Translations under genes and position numbers: made by a program
Part shown: piece by piece, positions 38,150 through 47,554 of the stretch
How the letters are laid out: each line of letters starts with the position of its first letter
Numbering within the stretch: position 1 is the stretch's first letter
Assembly: GCA_947459245.1 (NCBI GenBank)
Contig: CANHCV010000002.1
Coordinates: 6,217 to 70,216, forward strand
Reading direction: 5' to 3'
Length of the DNA: 64,000 nt
Source of the DNA: Bacteroidota bacterium
Lineage (GTDB): Bacteria; Bacteroidota; Bacteroidia; UBA7662; CANHCV01
Notes under the pieces: generated by a model
Database searches by the model: none
The model's input: the letters and a program-made list of their open reading frames with translations, nothing else
Told to the model about the DNA's origin: nothing

Positions 38150-38789
38150 TCCACTCTCCGAACGATTGGCGCAAAGCGCCGGCAAAAACCGAGGCGTCTT
38201 GGGCGCCAGAAACTACGTACTTGTCGTTGAAAACGAAGTGGGGAACGCCCCGAACTCCAACATTTTTCGCTTCGTATTGATCCTGAATCACGTCGTTGGA
38301 ATAAACATCGGATTCGAATAACTCCTGAATTTCAGAATCGGAGATGCCTAAATTCGCACCAATTTCCGAGATAACCTTGGTGTCATCGATGTTTTTTCCT
38401 TCGGAAAAATGGGCCAAAAACAACGCTTCTTCGCAGGCGTGCTGCACGTTCCATTTTTTGGCCAAGTGGCTTAACCGATGAGCTAAAAAGGAATTGGCAA
38501 TCACTTGTCGATCGAAATGCATGGCAATCCCCACCTCTTTGGCCATTTCCGAAACCCGTTGAATCATGGATCGAACGTGTTCCATTGGCATTCCTTTTTC
38601 CTCGGAAAGGTAGTGGTAAATGGACGCTTCAAGATTGGTTTCCAAATCGGGATTCAATTGATAGCTTTTCCAAATGATTTGGATGTTGTCTTTGAATTCC
38701 AAGGATTGTAACGCTTGCTCCAATTTTCGCTTACCAATGTAGCAAAACGGGCACATCACATCGCTCCAAATCTCTACTTTCATGTCCAA
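38085..38789 (-). CDS. DsbA-family thiol-disulfide oxidoreductase (FrnE-like)
   Basis: Thioredoxin-fold active site CPFCY in MKVEIWSDVMCPFCYIGK. Length 234 aa. Confidence 0.8.
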   Translation of the reverse strand: MDMKVEIWSDVMCPFCYIGKRKLEQALQSLEFKDNIQIIWKSYQLNPDLETNLEASIYHYLSEEKGMPMEHVRSMIQRVSEMAKEVGIAMHFDRQVIANSFLAHRLSHLAKKWNVQHACEEALFLAHFSEGKNIDDTKVISEIGANLGISDSEIQELFESDVYSNDVIQDQYEAKNVGVRGVPHFVFNDKYVVSGAQDASVFAGALRQSFGEWKSVQNEPSTPGNSCDLDGNCN

Positions 38790-40502
38790 TTATCTTCCCA
38801 TGGAAACCAAAAACTCTTCGTTGCTGATGGTGCCTTTCATTTGCGACAACAAGAATTCCATGGCTTCGGTGTTGCTCATGTCGTTCAAGTGGTTGCGAAG
38901 GATGTACATGCGTTGAAGTACTTCTTTGCGGTGCAACAAATCGTCGCGTCGGGTGGAAGAGGTCATCACGTCGATGGCAGGATAGATGCGGCGGTTCGAA
39001 AGTTTACGATCGAGCTGCAATTCCATGTTTCCGGTTCCTTTGAATTCCTCGAAAATTACTTCATCCATTTTACTTCCGGTGTCGATCAACGCCGTGGCAA
39101 TGATGGTAAGAGAACCGCCGTTTTCGATGTTACGAGCAGCTCCAAAAAATCGCTTGGGTTTGTGCAAGGCATTGGCGTCAACCCCACCCGAAAGAATCTT
39201 TCCGGATGCAGGAGCAACGGTATTGTAAGCCCTTGCCAATCGCGTAATGGAATCCAAAAGAATCACTACATCGTGTCCGCTTTCCACCATTCTTTTGGCT
39301 TTTTCGAGCACCATGCTGGCAACTTTTACGTGTTTATCGGCCGGTTCGTCGAAGGTAGAAGCGATCACTTCTCCTTTTACGCTTCGGGCCATATCGGTTA
39401 CTTCTTCTGGTCGTTCGTCGATCAAAAGAACAATCATGTAGGTTTCGGGATGGTTGCGGGCGATGGCGTTGGCCACGCTTTTTAGAAGCATGGTTTTACC
39501 CGTTTTGGGTTGCGCTACAATGAGTCCGCGCTGCCCTTTTCCGATGGGAGAAAAAAGGTCGAGAATGCGACAAGAATAATCGTTCGCCTGATCGGCTAAG
39601 TTGAATTTTTCGTCGGGGAAAACCGGGGTTAAGTAATCGAAAGGAACACGTTCCCGTACTTCTGTAGGGTTTTTCCCATTGATGCTATCAACGCGTACCA
39701 GAGCAAAATAACGTTCTCCTTCTTTGGGTGGACGCAATGAACCTACTACCGTATCGCCCGTTTTTAGTCCGTAATTGCGGATTTGGTTCGGGGAAACGTA
39801 CACATCATCGGGAGAGGAAAGGTAATTATAATCGGAGGAACGCATGAAGCCGTAGCCTTCCGACATGATTTCCACCACGCCTTCGTGCATGATGAGGTTA
39901 TCGAAATTGTATTGATCCAGGGCGTGGTTTTTGGGACCATTATTGCGTTGGGGATGTTGGTGTTGGTGATGCGGATGTGGTCGCGACTCTGGATTATTCT
40001 CCGTTGGGTTTTGATCGGATTTTGGTTCTTGTTGTTTGCCTTCCGGACGTGGAGAAAATCCGCGGTTTTCCCGATTTTCCTGTGGTTTACGCTCTTCAGA
40101 TTTGGGTAAATCGGAAGGGTTCCTGGGACGTTTTTCGAATCGATTGGGGCGTTTTTCAGGGGTTCCTTCAGATGCTGCTACTTCCGAAGTGGTAGGAGCC
40201 TCTGAAACCGGAGTGGCTGGAACGGTTACCTCCTCTTTATCCATTCTCCTTCTTTTCGTTGTTTTTTCGATTCCTGCTTCTGCAGCAGGTTTTTCATCCG
40301 AAAAAAGAGTGGGTTTTTCTTCTTTGGAGAAACGTGAACGTTTGGGCTTTTCTTCTGCTGGTGCTGGTGCGGTGCTTTTGTTTCCAGAAATGGCTTCAAT
40401 CAAAGCATCTTTTTTAAGAGAGAAGAAATTCTCCAAGTTCAATTCATCCGCAATGATTCTCAAATCTTTGAGAGATTTCGCTTTTAAATCATTTAAATTC
40501 AA
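38790..40502 (-). CDS. rho: Transcription termination factor Rho with a long low-complexity N-terminal insertion
   Basis: The C-terminal RecA-type ATPase ([20 protein letters not shown], Walker A) and the OB/CSD region are conserved. About 230 aa of K/E/P/R-rich sequence, including [10 protein letters not shown], lies between the N-terminal helix and the CSD. Confidence 0.9.
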   Translation of the reverse strand: MNLNDLKAKSLKDLRIIADELNLENFFSLKKDALIEAISGNKSTAPAPAEEKPKRSRFSKEEKPTLFSDEKPAAEAGIEKTTKRRRMDKEEVTVPATPVSEAPTTSEVAASEGTPEKRPNRFEKRPRNPSDLPKSEERKPQENRENRGFSPRPEGKQQEPKSDQNPTENNPESRPHPHHQHQHPQRNNGPKNHALDQYNFDNLIMHEGVVEIMSEGYGFMRSSDYNYLSSPDDVYVSPNQIRNYGLKTGDTVVGSLRPPKEGERYFALVRVDSINGKNPTEVRERVPFDYLTPVFPDEKFNLADQANDYSCRILDLFSPIGKGQRGLIVAQPKTGKTMLLKSVANAIARNHPETYMIVLLIDERPEEVTDMARSVKGEVIASTFDEPADKHVKVASMVLEKAKRMVESGHDVVILLDSITRLARAYNTVAPASGKILSGGVDANALHKPKRFFGAARNIENGGSLTIIATALIDTGSKMDEVIFEEFKGTGNMELQLDRKLSNRRIYPAIDVMTSSTRRDDLLHRKEVLQRMYILRNHLNDMSNTEAMEFLLSQMKGTISNEEFLVSMGR

Positions 40503-40651
40503 TCCAAAAAATTTTAGGAGTAGGTGGAAAACAGGAAATTAATTGATGGAAGGACTCCAAAAGAAATGCACCGAAAATGGCGCTTGGAGAAATCCGACGT
40601 GCAATGATACAACGGAAAAAGGAATTTCGACCAATATTGACAAAAATCTTT

Positions 40652-41797
40652 TTAAAAAGCTTCATTCACACGGACATACCATCCAGAACCGCCTTCGCGG
40701 TTGATGGCATAATCCAATCGAAGGATGGTTCGACTTCCTTCGGAGACCTTGTAGCGAAGTCCAATTCCTCCGGCAATTTTCCAGGGAGAATTGCCAAAGT
40801 TTTTCCAGGTTTCGCCCACTTGCCCGGCTGAGGCGAAAGCTTGAAAGCCGAATTGATTGGGGAAGGTGTGTCGAATTTCCGCTTGTGCGGCTGCGTAGGA
40901 ATAATCGCGGTAACGACCGCGGAAATAGCCGCGAAGGATTCGATCGCCACCCAGGGTGGGAATGAATTGGAAGGCGGCTCCCTTGGAGGTTTGATCCAAG
41001 TAAAGCTGGGTTGCGAGCACGGTTTGGGAACGAAGAAGGGGAGTAGCCCAGCGCAGGTCGGTTCGAATTCGGGTGAAAGGATGGGTGTTCGCACCGTTGT
41101 TGGCTGCGTTGAGGTATTGAACCTCCCAAAACCAACCCGAACTTTGAACAAATTGATGGTCGCGGGTATCGATGATGCTGCTGAGTCCAATCGCAAGGTT
41201 TTTACTGCCTTCGGCTCCAGGAGCGGTGCGATTGGCCAAGGCGCCATTTCCGGAAATGACCGAGATATTCCTCAAATCGTAGTACCAGCCAATTCCTCCC
41301 AAATAACAATTTTTCCGCCATTGCCATTGCGCTTGTTGGAACCAAAAAGAGCGTTGAAATCGAAACGTTTCCAAATCCGATTCCCGTTGATTTCCGCCAA
41401 TCCCATAGTATTTGTCGTAAAAATCATCCACATTGATGTTTCCACGAAGAAAGATTTTCCCCTTAGCAAAGAGTAGATGATGGTTCAACTCCAACAAGGT
41501 CTGTTTTTTTGTGGTATGAATGAGTGAGAGGTAAATGGTTGAAAACCTTTTTTTGGTCGAATCAACGTACTCGATAGGGTTGAAACGGTACAAGGTTCCC
41601 AAACCAAATGCAGCCCCATTTTCAGGCGTGCGATAGAAAACCGGTGTTGGGAAAATATGCAAACTGTCGGGCGCAGGAAGCCATTTTGGGTAGGGAATAA
41701 CCCCTTGGGTAAATCCGAAAAGAGGAAACAACAAAACCAAGATGAAGGAGCAAAATCTTATGCCCATACCTTGGTTCCTTCCGTGCAATTGGTGCAA
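40652..41797 (-). CDS. Outer-membrane beta-barrel protein (Omp85/BamA-barrel-like). The start is probably the internal Met at 41767.
   Basis: Signal peptide MGIRFCSFILVLLFPLFGFTQ, amphipathic beta-strands and a C-terminal aromatic-rich end (...GWYVRVNEAF). Confidence 0.5.
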   Translation of the reverse strand: MHQLHGRNQGMGIRFCSFILVLLFPLFGFTQGVIPYPKWLPAPDSLHIFPTPVFYRTPENGAAFGLGTLYRFNPIEYVDSTKKRFSTIYLSLIHTTKKQTLLELNHHLLFAKGKIFLRGNINVDDFYDKYYGIGGNQRESDLETFRFQRSFWFQQAQWQWRKNCYLGGIGWYYDLRNISVISGNGALANRTAPGAEGSKNLAIGLSSIIDTRDHQFVQSSGWFWEVQYLNAANNGANTHPFTRIRTDLRWATPLLRSQTVLATQLYLDQTSKGAAFQFIPTLGGDRILRGYFRGRYRDYSYAAAQAEIRHTFPNQFGFQAFASAGQVGETWKNFGNSPWKIAGGIGLRYKVSEGSRTILRLDYAINREGGSGWYVRVNEAF

Positions 41798-42882
41798 ATG
41801 TCGATTTCTGATCGGGATTTAATGATGGATTTTCGGAACGACTGGTAGGAAGGGCCTTTCCATACTTCTTTAAAGGTGTTGTTTTTCACTTGCCCCAATT
41901 TGTGGCTTGCATCTTTATCAAAACAACAGGGCACCACCCAGCCGTCCCAGGTAATTACTGCACTGTGCCAAAGTCGCCAACAATGATTGATGAGGGTATT
42001 TTTGATGGAATACGACCCGTCTTTGTTTTTTCGATATCGGCTAAACTTTTCATTTTTTGGAATGAGGGGTGAGCCGTGCTGATAATCGTAAATCTGAGCC
42101 GTTTTAAATTTTACTTCATCCACGCCCAACGAATTTGCCAATTGAACTACTTCCTCCATTTGGTGTTCGTTGGGGCCCACCACCAAGAATTGAAAAATGA
42201 TGGTTGGGGTGGCAGATTTGAGTTTTTTTCGGGCTTCGATGAGGTTTTTCGTTCCCTCGATCACTTGAGAAAGGTTTCCTTCTTTTCGGTATTGCTCGTA
42301 CACCTCTTGGGTGGTCCCATCGATGGAAATGATGCAACGATCGAGCCCACTTTGAACGGTTTTTTCCGCAGTTTCGGGGTCGAAAAAGTGGGCATTGGTG
42401 GAGGTAGCGGTGTAAACGCCTTGGGAATGCGCTTTCCGAATCATTTCCAACAATTGTTTGTTCAGGAAGGGTTCTCCTTGAAAGTAAAAAATGAGGTAAG
42501 AAAGCGATGGAGCGAGCTCTTGAAGAACGGTATCGAAAAAATCGGACTTTAAATTGCCCTGATCTCGGGTGAACGAACGCAGGCCGCTGGGGCATTCAGG
42601 GCAACGAAGGTTGCAAGCCGTGGTGGGTTCGATGGAAATGGAAATGGGGTTTCCCCAGTGGATGGGTTTTTTAAGGGCTTTGGAAAGCAGGTAGGAAACG
42701 ACCACGAGGAACATGTTCCAAACACGACGTGGAGTTTGTTTGGAAATCCACCGAATTGAATCTTTCCAATTTTTCACCCGGTAAAGGTACGATGGGAAAC
42801 CCTGAAAAATTTGTTTCTTTGCAAAGTGAAACGCATCTTGTTTTTCGGAATGATGTTTTGGGTTTTGGGCGTTTCCGCCCAA
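41758..42882 (-). CDS. Radical SAM enzyme with a C-terminal SPASM / auxiliary-cluster Cys motif. The start is uncertain.
   Basis: The CxxxCxxC triad reads CNLRCPEC. There is a C-terminal Cys cluster (VVPCCFDKD...ICTNCTEG). The 5' end overlaps a divergent gene, so an internal Met around 42714 is more likely. Confidence 0.75.
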   Translation of the reverse strand: MGGNAQNPKHHSEKQDAFHFAKKQIFQGFPSYLYRVKNWKDSIRWISKQTPRRVWNMFLVVVSYLLSKALKKPIHWGNPISISIEPTTACNLRCPECPSGLRSFTRDQGNLKSDFFDTVLQELAPSLSYLIFYFQGEPFLNKQLLEMIRKAHSQGVYTATSTNAHFFDPETAEKTVQSGLDRCIISIDGTTQEVYEQYRKEGNLSQVIEGTKNLIEARKKLKSATPTIIFQFLVVGPNEHQMEEVVQLANSLGVDEVKFKTAQIYDYQHGSPLIPKNEKFSRYRKNKDGSYSIKNTLINHCWRLWHSAVITWDGWVVPCCFDKDASHKLGQVKNNTFKEVWKGPSYQSFRKSIIKSRSEIDICTNCTEGTKVWA

Positions 42883-43689
42883 ACGGTCGATTCTTCTCGG
42901 GTCGATTCCTTATCGGTGACCGATTCTTTGTTGGTTATGGAACCCGTTCAAGAAGCTAAGGTTGAGGATACCTTATTGGAGCCAACGTATTGGAATTTGA
43001 AGGAGAAGAAGGTGGAGATGAAAGCCGTTCGCGTTCCTCCTGGCAACCGCACGGGCTATTTTATTTGGGCCTTGATGTCGCTCTTGTTGGGGGTGATCGG
43101 GTATTGGATGAACGAGGTCTATTTCAACAAAATTGGATATTCATTGATCAATGTTCGGTTTGCCGAGGAGTTTTTTAGGGATTACAAGAAACGACTATCG
43201 GTGGGGTTATTGAATTTGGATTTGAGTTGGGTGATTGGTTTTTCCATTTGGATCGATTATTTTTTAATTTCGAGAGGCATTGAATTTCCATTGGTGGCTC
43301 TGGTAGGAATCGTTGGTGGAGTTTATTGGATGAAGCGGCAATGGATTTGGATCTTGGGGAAAGCTACGCGAATGGATGATACGGGCGAGTATTATTTGTT
43401 TTCGTTGTTCAATTATTTTCGTTGGATTGCGCCGTTGTTGGGGGTTTGTTCTTTATTCTTGGTGTTTTTCAATCAGGAAAAATGGATGAATTGGGGTGGA
43501 ATTCGTTTGGAGGAAATTATTTTTTGGGCGATTCCATTTTTTTGGGCCATTTCCTTTGTTTTTCGGTTGTTTCGGGTTTTGTTTCGGTTTACATCGAAGG
43601 GAGTTGGTGTTTTCTTGCGTTTTCTTTTTTACTTTTGCGTTTTGGAAATTATTCCAACCTTGGTTTTGATTAAATGGTTTTGGAGATGA
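42850..43689 (+). CDS. DUF4271-like polytopic membrane protein
   Basis: Signal/TM segment MMFWVLGVSAQ followed by multiple TM helices. Its stop overlaps the hemD ATG (ATGA at 43686-43689). The ORF-track start at 42811 is a TTG. Confidence 0.55.
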   Translation: MMFWVLGVSAQTVDSSRVDSLSVTDSLLVMEPVQEAKVEDTLLEPTYWNLKEKKVEMKAVRVPPGNRTGYFIWALMSLLLGVIGYWMNEVYFNKIGYSLINVRFAEEFFRDYKKRLSVGLLNLDLSWVIGFSIWIDYFLISRGIEFPLVALVGIVGGVYWMKRQWIWILGKATRMDDTGEYYLFSLFNYFRWIAPLLGVCSLFLVFFNQEKWMNWGGIRLEEIIFWAIPFFWAISFVFRLFRVLFRFTSKGVGVFLRFLFYFCVLEIIPTLVLIKWFWR

Positions 43690-44438
43690 GTAAACCGAAT
43701 CCGGTTCGTAGCGTATTAATTGCCCAACCTGCACCTGAAGCAGCGAATCCCTATCAGGGGATCATCGATCGCTTCAAGTTGAAGGTTGATTTTCGGGCAT
43801 TTCACCACGTTGAAGGGATTTCAGCGAAAGATTTTCGGAAGCAGAAGATCGAGATTAAGGATTACAACGCTATTGTATTTACAAGTAAGAATTCCATCGA
43901 CCATTTCTTTCGTTTGTGTGGGGATTTCAAGCACGAAATGCCCATTGATGCAAAATATTTTTGCACGAGCGAGGCCATTGCGCTGTACATGCAGAAATAC
44001 ATTCAGATGCGGAAGCGCAAAGTGTTTTTCGGCAAGGGAAGTTTGAACGACATTCTTCCATACTTTCAAAGGCACAAAGCAGAGAAGTTTTTGATGCCGA
44101 TTTCGGAACAATCGTTGAGCGACTTCAATCTGACCTTCGAAACGGCGGGAATCGATTTAACCAAGGCCATCATGTTCAAAACCGCCATCAGCGATTTGAG
44201 TGATTTGGCGGATGTTAAATACGACGTTCTGTGTTTTTTTAGTCCCACTGGAATTGAATCGTTGTTTAAGAACTTCCCAGATTTTAAACAAGAGAAAACA
44301 AGAATTTCGGTTTTTGGCCCAACCACCCGCAAGTCTGCCGAAGATAACCAGTTGGTTGTAAATGTTTACGCCCCAGAACCCGGTGTTCCGAGCATGGCAA
44401 AAGCCATCGAAAATTACATTCTTTCTTTAGGGAAGTAA
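43686..44438 (+). CDS. hemD: Uroporphyrinogen-III synthase
   Basis: HemD fold of about 250 aa (NAIVFTSKNSIDHFF... and VLCFFSPTGIESLF). Confidence 0.7.
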   Translation: MSKPNPVRSVLIAQPAPEAANPYQGIIDRFKLKVDFRAFHHVEGISAKDFRKQKIEIKDYNAIVFTSKNSIDHFFRLCGDFKHEMPIDAKYFCTSEAIALYMQKYIQMRKRKVFFGKGSLNDILPYFQRHKAEKFLMPISEQSLSDFNLTFETAGIDLTKAIMFKTAISDLSDLADVKYDVLCFFSPTGIESLFKNFPDFKQEKTRISVFGPTTRKSAEDNQLVVNVYAPEPGVPSMAKAIENYILSLGK

Positions 44439-44526
44439 GGCAAATTTTCAGAAAAAATCTTTCCACTTTTTTTTCTATCGGGAAAATCATCTATCTTAGC
44501 ACACCTTCCAACTAAAGAAAAACCAA

Positions 44527-45480
44527 ATGAGAAAGGTTACCCTCCTCTTATTCGTTGCTGTTGCTTCCATGATTTCCACTGTGGGTTTCGCCCAACAGGA
44601 CTGGAAATTCAATCAATATGCCCTCAATGGCATGGGTTTTAATCCGGCCTTTACCGGTTTAGGAACCAACATTTCTGCTACCGGTTTGTACCGGAATCAA
44701 TACATGGGATTAGCGGATTTCAATCCGACCTCGAGAAATTTTAACATTCACTCCAAAGTGAACAAGGTAAAAGGAGGTTTGGGCTTAAATATTCTAGACG
44801 ACGAATACGGTTTAGAAAAGTTTACCGGGGTTTATTTGTCGTATGCTTACCACAAAGACAATGTTTTGCCTTTCGAAGGAACCCTTTCTGCTGGAATTAG
44901 TGTTGGAATGCTTCAAATCTCAAGTCAGTTCAGTAAACTAAATCCCAGAACCAACCCTGATCCAATTTTGGTAACTTCAGATATCAGTGGTTTTGGATTA
45001 GATGTAAATGCAGGGTTGCTGTTTACCGCACCCAATTATTATGTTGGAATTTCTGCAACACACCTAACCAATCCAAATGTAGAGTTGCAAAACAATGCTT
45101 CCGTGAACATGCAACCCCACTTATTTATTACTGGTGGTTACACGTACAAGCTCAACGAAAAAATTAATTTGATGCCTTCAGTTTTGATCAAGTCAATTGT
45201 GAAAAAATCCCAATTTGATTTTTCGACCATTGGGATGTATTCCAACAAGTATTGGGGTGGACTTGGGTATTCCACTTCCGATGCAATTTACTTGTTGGCT
45301 GGAGGTTATTTAAAAGGAAATCAATCAGATGGAGGATTGAAATTAGGAGTTTCTTACGGTGCTACCATGAATAAGTTGGGCAGCATTGGAGGACGAAACA
45401 GCGTTGAGGCGATGTTGGGTTACAACTTCAAAATTCAAATTCCTGTTAAAATTCCACCTACCGACCCCATATTTCATTGA
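44527..45480 (+). CDS. porP: PorP/SprF-family T9SS outer-membrane protein
   Basis: Signal peptide, then QQDWKFNQYALNGMGFNPAFTG, which is the PorP/SprF family N-terminal signature. It is a beta-barrel of about 315 aa located immediately upstream of gldK. Confidence 0.8.
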   Translation: MRKVTLLLFVAVASMISTVGFAQQDWKFNQYALNGMGFNPAFTGLGTNISATGLYRNQYMGLADFNPTSRNFNIHSKVNKVKGGLGLNILDDEYGLEKFTGVYLSYAYHKDNVLPFEGTLSAGISVGMLQISSQFSKLNPRTNPDPILVTSDISGFGLDVNAGLLFTAPNYYVGISATHLTNPNVELQNNASVNMQPHLFITGGYTYKLNEKINLMPSVLIKSIVKKSQFDFSTIGMYSNKYWGGLGYSTSDAIYLLAGGYLKGNQSDGGLKLGVSYGATMNKLGSIGGRNSVEAMLGYNFKIQIPVKIPPTDPIFH

Positions 45481-45553
45481 TAGTTGGAGTTTTTGTTTTG
45501 TATTTTTCCACTCTGTTAAAAACATCGATCACTAGTAGTTGTAAATGATACTT

Positions 45554-46798
45554 ATGAAGAGACTTGCTCTTTTTTCTTTAACGCTTTTCGGCATGGTTGC
45601 CTTAAGCAGTTGTGGTGGCTCCGGAAATGGGGAGCTTATCGGGGTACAAGGTCGTGAGGCCTATTTCCCAGGAGAACCTTATGGAATGGTATTTGTACCA
45701 CAAGGAAATTTCCAGGCTGGGCAAAGCGATCAGGACGTGATGTTCTCGCTTAATGCGCCTACCAAAACCGTTTCAGTTGGAGCGTTCTATATGGATGAAA
45801 CTGAAATTACGAACAACGAGTACCGTCAGTTCGTTCAATGGGTTGCAGATTCCATCGCTCATACCAAATTGAACCACATCAAAGAAGGTCCTGCCGGTGA
45901 AAAGTTCATCGATTGGGAACAAGAAATTAAGTGGAACGATGAGGCGTTGAAAGACATGTTCTATGCTGGCGATGACCAAGTATTCGGAAAACAAGAATTG
46001 GATGTTCGCAAGTTGACCTATTTGTACCAGTGGTACGATTTGAACAATGCTGCTCATAACAAGGATGTAACTGCAAAACGCAACAAGTTCATTGTTCGCG
46101 ATTCGGTTTACGTTTATCCTGATACGCTTTGTTGGACTCGCGATTTCGCGTACAGCTACAACGAGCCGATGACTCAGAACTATTACAGCCACCCAGCTTA
46201 CGATGATTATCCTGTCGTTGGTGTGAACTGGAATCAGGCAAATGCTTTCTGCTCTTGGAGAACCGACTATGTGAATACCTTCCGTCGTGAAAACAAAGAG
46301 GTTGAAGCCCCACCGTACCACTTGCCAACAGAATGGCAATTTGAATACGCTGCTCGTGGTGGTTTGAATACTTCTCCTTATCCTTGGGGTGGTCCTTACA
46401 TCCGTAACGATAAAGGATGTTTCTTGGCTAACTTCAAACCCGGCCGTGGTAACTACACCGATGATGGTGGTCACTACACCGTTAAAGTTTACAGCTACAA
46501 TCCTAACGATTTCGGACTTTATAACATGTCTGGTAACGTTGCTGAGTGGACCCTTACTTCTTACGAAGAATCTGTTTACAGCACCGTTCACGATATGAAT
46601 CCAGATTTCCGTTACCAGCGCAAAAAAGGAGACGACATTGTTCGCACTCGTAAAGTTATCCGCGGTGGATCTTGGAAAGATGCTGCTCACATGTTGCGCG
46701 TTTCTACCCGCGACTTTGAATACCAAGACACTTCCAAAAGTTACATTGGCTTCCGTTGTATCCAAGATTTCTTGGGCCGTTCCATGGAAGACTTTTAA
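45554..46798 (+). CDS. gldK: Gliding motility / T9SS lipoprotein GldK (PorK) with an FGE-sulfatase-like domain
   Basis: Lipobox LALFSLTLFGMVALSSC and the SUMF1/FGE-fold motif RGGSWKDAAHMLRVSTR. It is followed by gldLMN. Confidence 0.9.
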   Translation: MKRLALFSLTLFGMVALSSCGGSGNGELIGVQGREAYFPGEPYGMVFVPQGNFQAGQSDQDVMFSLNAPTKTVSVGAFYMDETEITNNEYRQFVQWVADSIAHTKLNHIKEGPAGEKFIDWEQEIKWNDEALKDMFYAGDDQVFGKQELDVRKLTYLYQWYDLNNAAHNKDVTAKRNKFIVRDSVYVYPDTLCWTRDFAYSYNEPMTQNYYSHPAYDDYPVVGVNWNQANAFCSWRTDYVNTFRRENKEVEAPPYHLPTEWQFEYAARGGLNTSPYPWGGPYIRNDKGCFLANFKPGRGNYTDDGGHYTVKVYSYNPNDFGLYNMSGNVAEWTLTSYEESVYSTVHDMNPDFRYQRKKGDDIVRTRKVIRGGSWKDAAHMLRVSTRDFEYQDTSKSYIGFRCIQDFLGRSMEDF

Positions 46799-46852
46799 TC
46801 AGAGAAATAACAAATAAAAAAATAAAAAGTAAAACATTTAAAACACAAAACT

Positions 46853-47515
46853 ATGTCAGGTGGTAATTTCATGACTTCCAAAAAAGGAAAAACAATCTTA
46901 GGATATGCATATGCCTGGGGTGCTGCGGTAGTAATCTTGGGTGCGTTATTCAAAATCATGCACTGGAAAGGCGCTTCTGAAATGTTAATTATTGGTATGG
47001 GTACTGAGGCGGTTATCTTCTTCGTTTCTGCTTTCGAACCTGTACACATGGAAATCGATTGGTCTTTGGTTTATCCTGAATTGAAAGGTTCTGGAGCTGA
47101 TCCATCCAAGAAATCAAAATCAGTAACTGAGCAATTGGATGACATGCTTGGCAAGTCTAAAGTTGGAACTGAATTGATCGATTCTTTAGGAAAAGGAATG
47201 ACCAACTTGAGCGATACCGTTGGAAAAATGTCGAAATTGGGTGATGCTTCTGTAGCAACTCAAGAGTTTTCTACCAACGTTAAAACTGCAGCTGGTTCTG
47301 TTTCTGCTTTCAACAACATTACCGTTGAAGCTGGTGGAAAAATTTCTGAAATGACCAAAGCTTACGGTGGTGTTGCTAACTCTATCGCTACTTTGAACGC
47401 TGCTGCTGCTGATGCAGAAGTGTACAAAGCAGAGTTGAGCAAGTTGACTTCTAACTTGAAGAACTTGAACAACATCTACGGCGGTATGTTGTCTGCAATG
47501 ACCGGTAATAAATAA
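46853..47515 (+). CDS. gldL: Gliding motility / T9SS protein GldL (PorL)
   Basis: Two N-terminal TM helices (GAAVVILGALFKIMHWKG, LIIGMGTEAVIFFVSAF) and a cytoplasmic coiled region. About 220 aa. Confidence 0.9.
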   Translation: MSGGNFMTSKKGKTILGYAYAWGAAVVILGALFKIMHWKGASEMLIIGMGTEAVIFFVSAFEPVHMEIDWSLVYPELKGSGADPSKKSKSVTEQLDDMLGKSKVGTELIDSLGKGMTNLSDTVGKMSKLGDASVATQEFSTNVKTAAGSVSAFNNITVEAGGKISEMTKAYGGVANSIATLNAAAADAEVYKAELSKLTSNLKNLNNIYGGMLSAMTGNK

Positions 47516-47554
47516 TTTTAATCCAACACATTTTAATCAAATAAACTTGTAACT

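Noticed and set aside
38715-39485. A 256-aa ORF on the plus strand
   Set aside because: It is antisense to rho, whose product is strongly conserved. The ORF product is low-complexity (H/V/G-rich) and has no start context.
40662-41476. Several ORFs of 150-210 aa on both strands within the Omp85-like gene (40662-41135, 40666-41247, 40841-41476)
   Set aside because: They are alternative frames or antisense to the signal-peptide beta-barrel ORF. Their translations are Pro/Ser/Arg-rich and implausible.
45773-46765. A 330-aa ORF on the minus strand
   Set aside because: It is antisense to gldK and produces a V/I/N-rich, non-protein-like translation. gldK has clear lipoprotein and FGE signatures.
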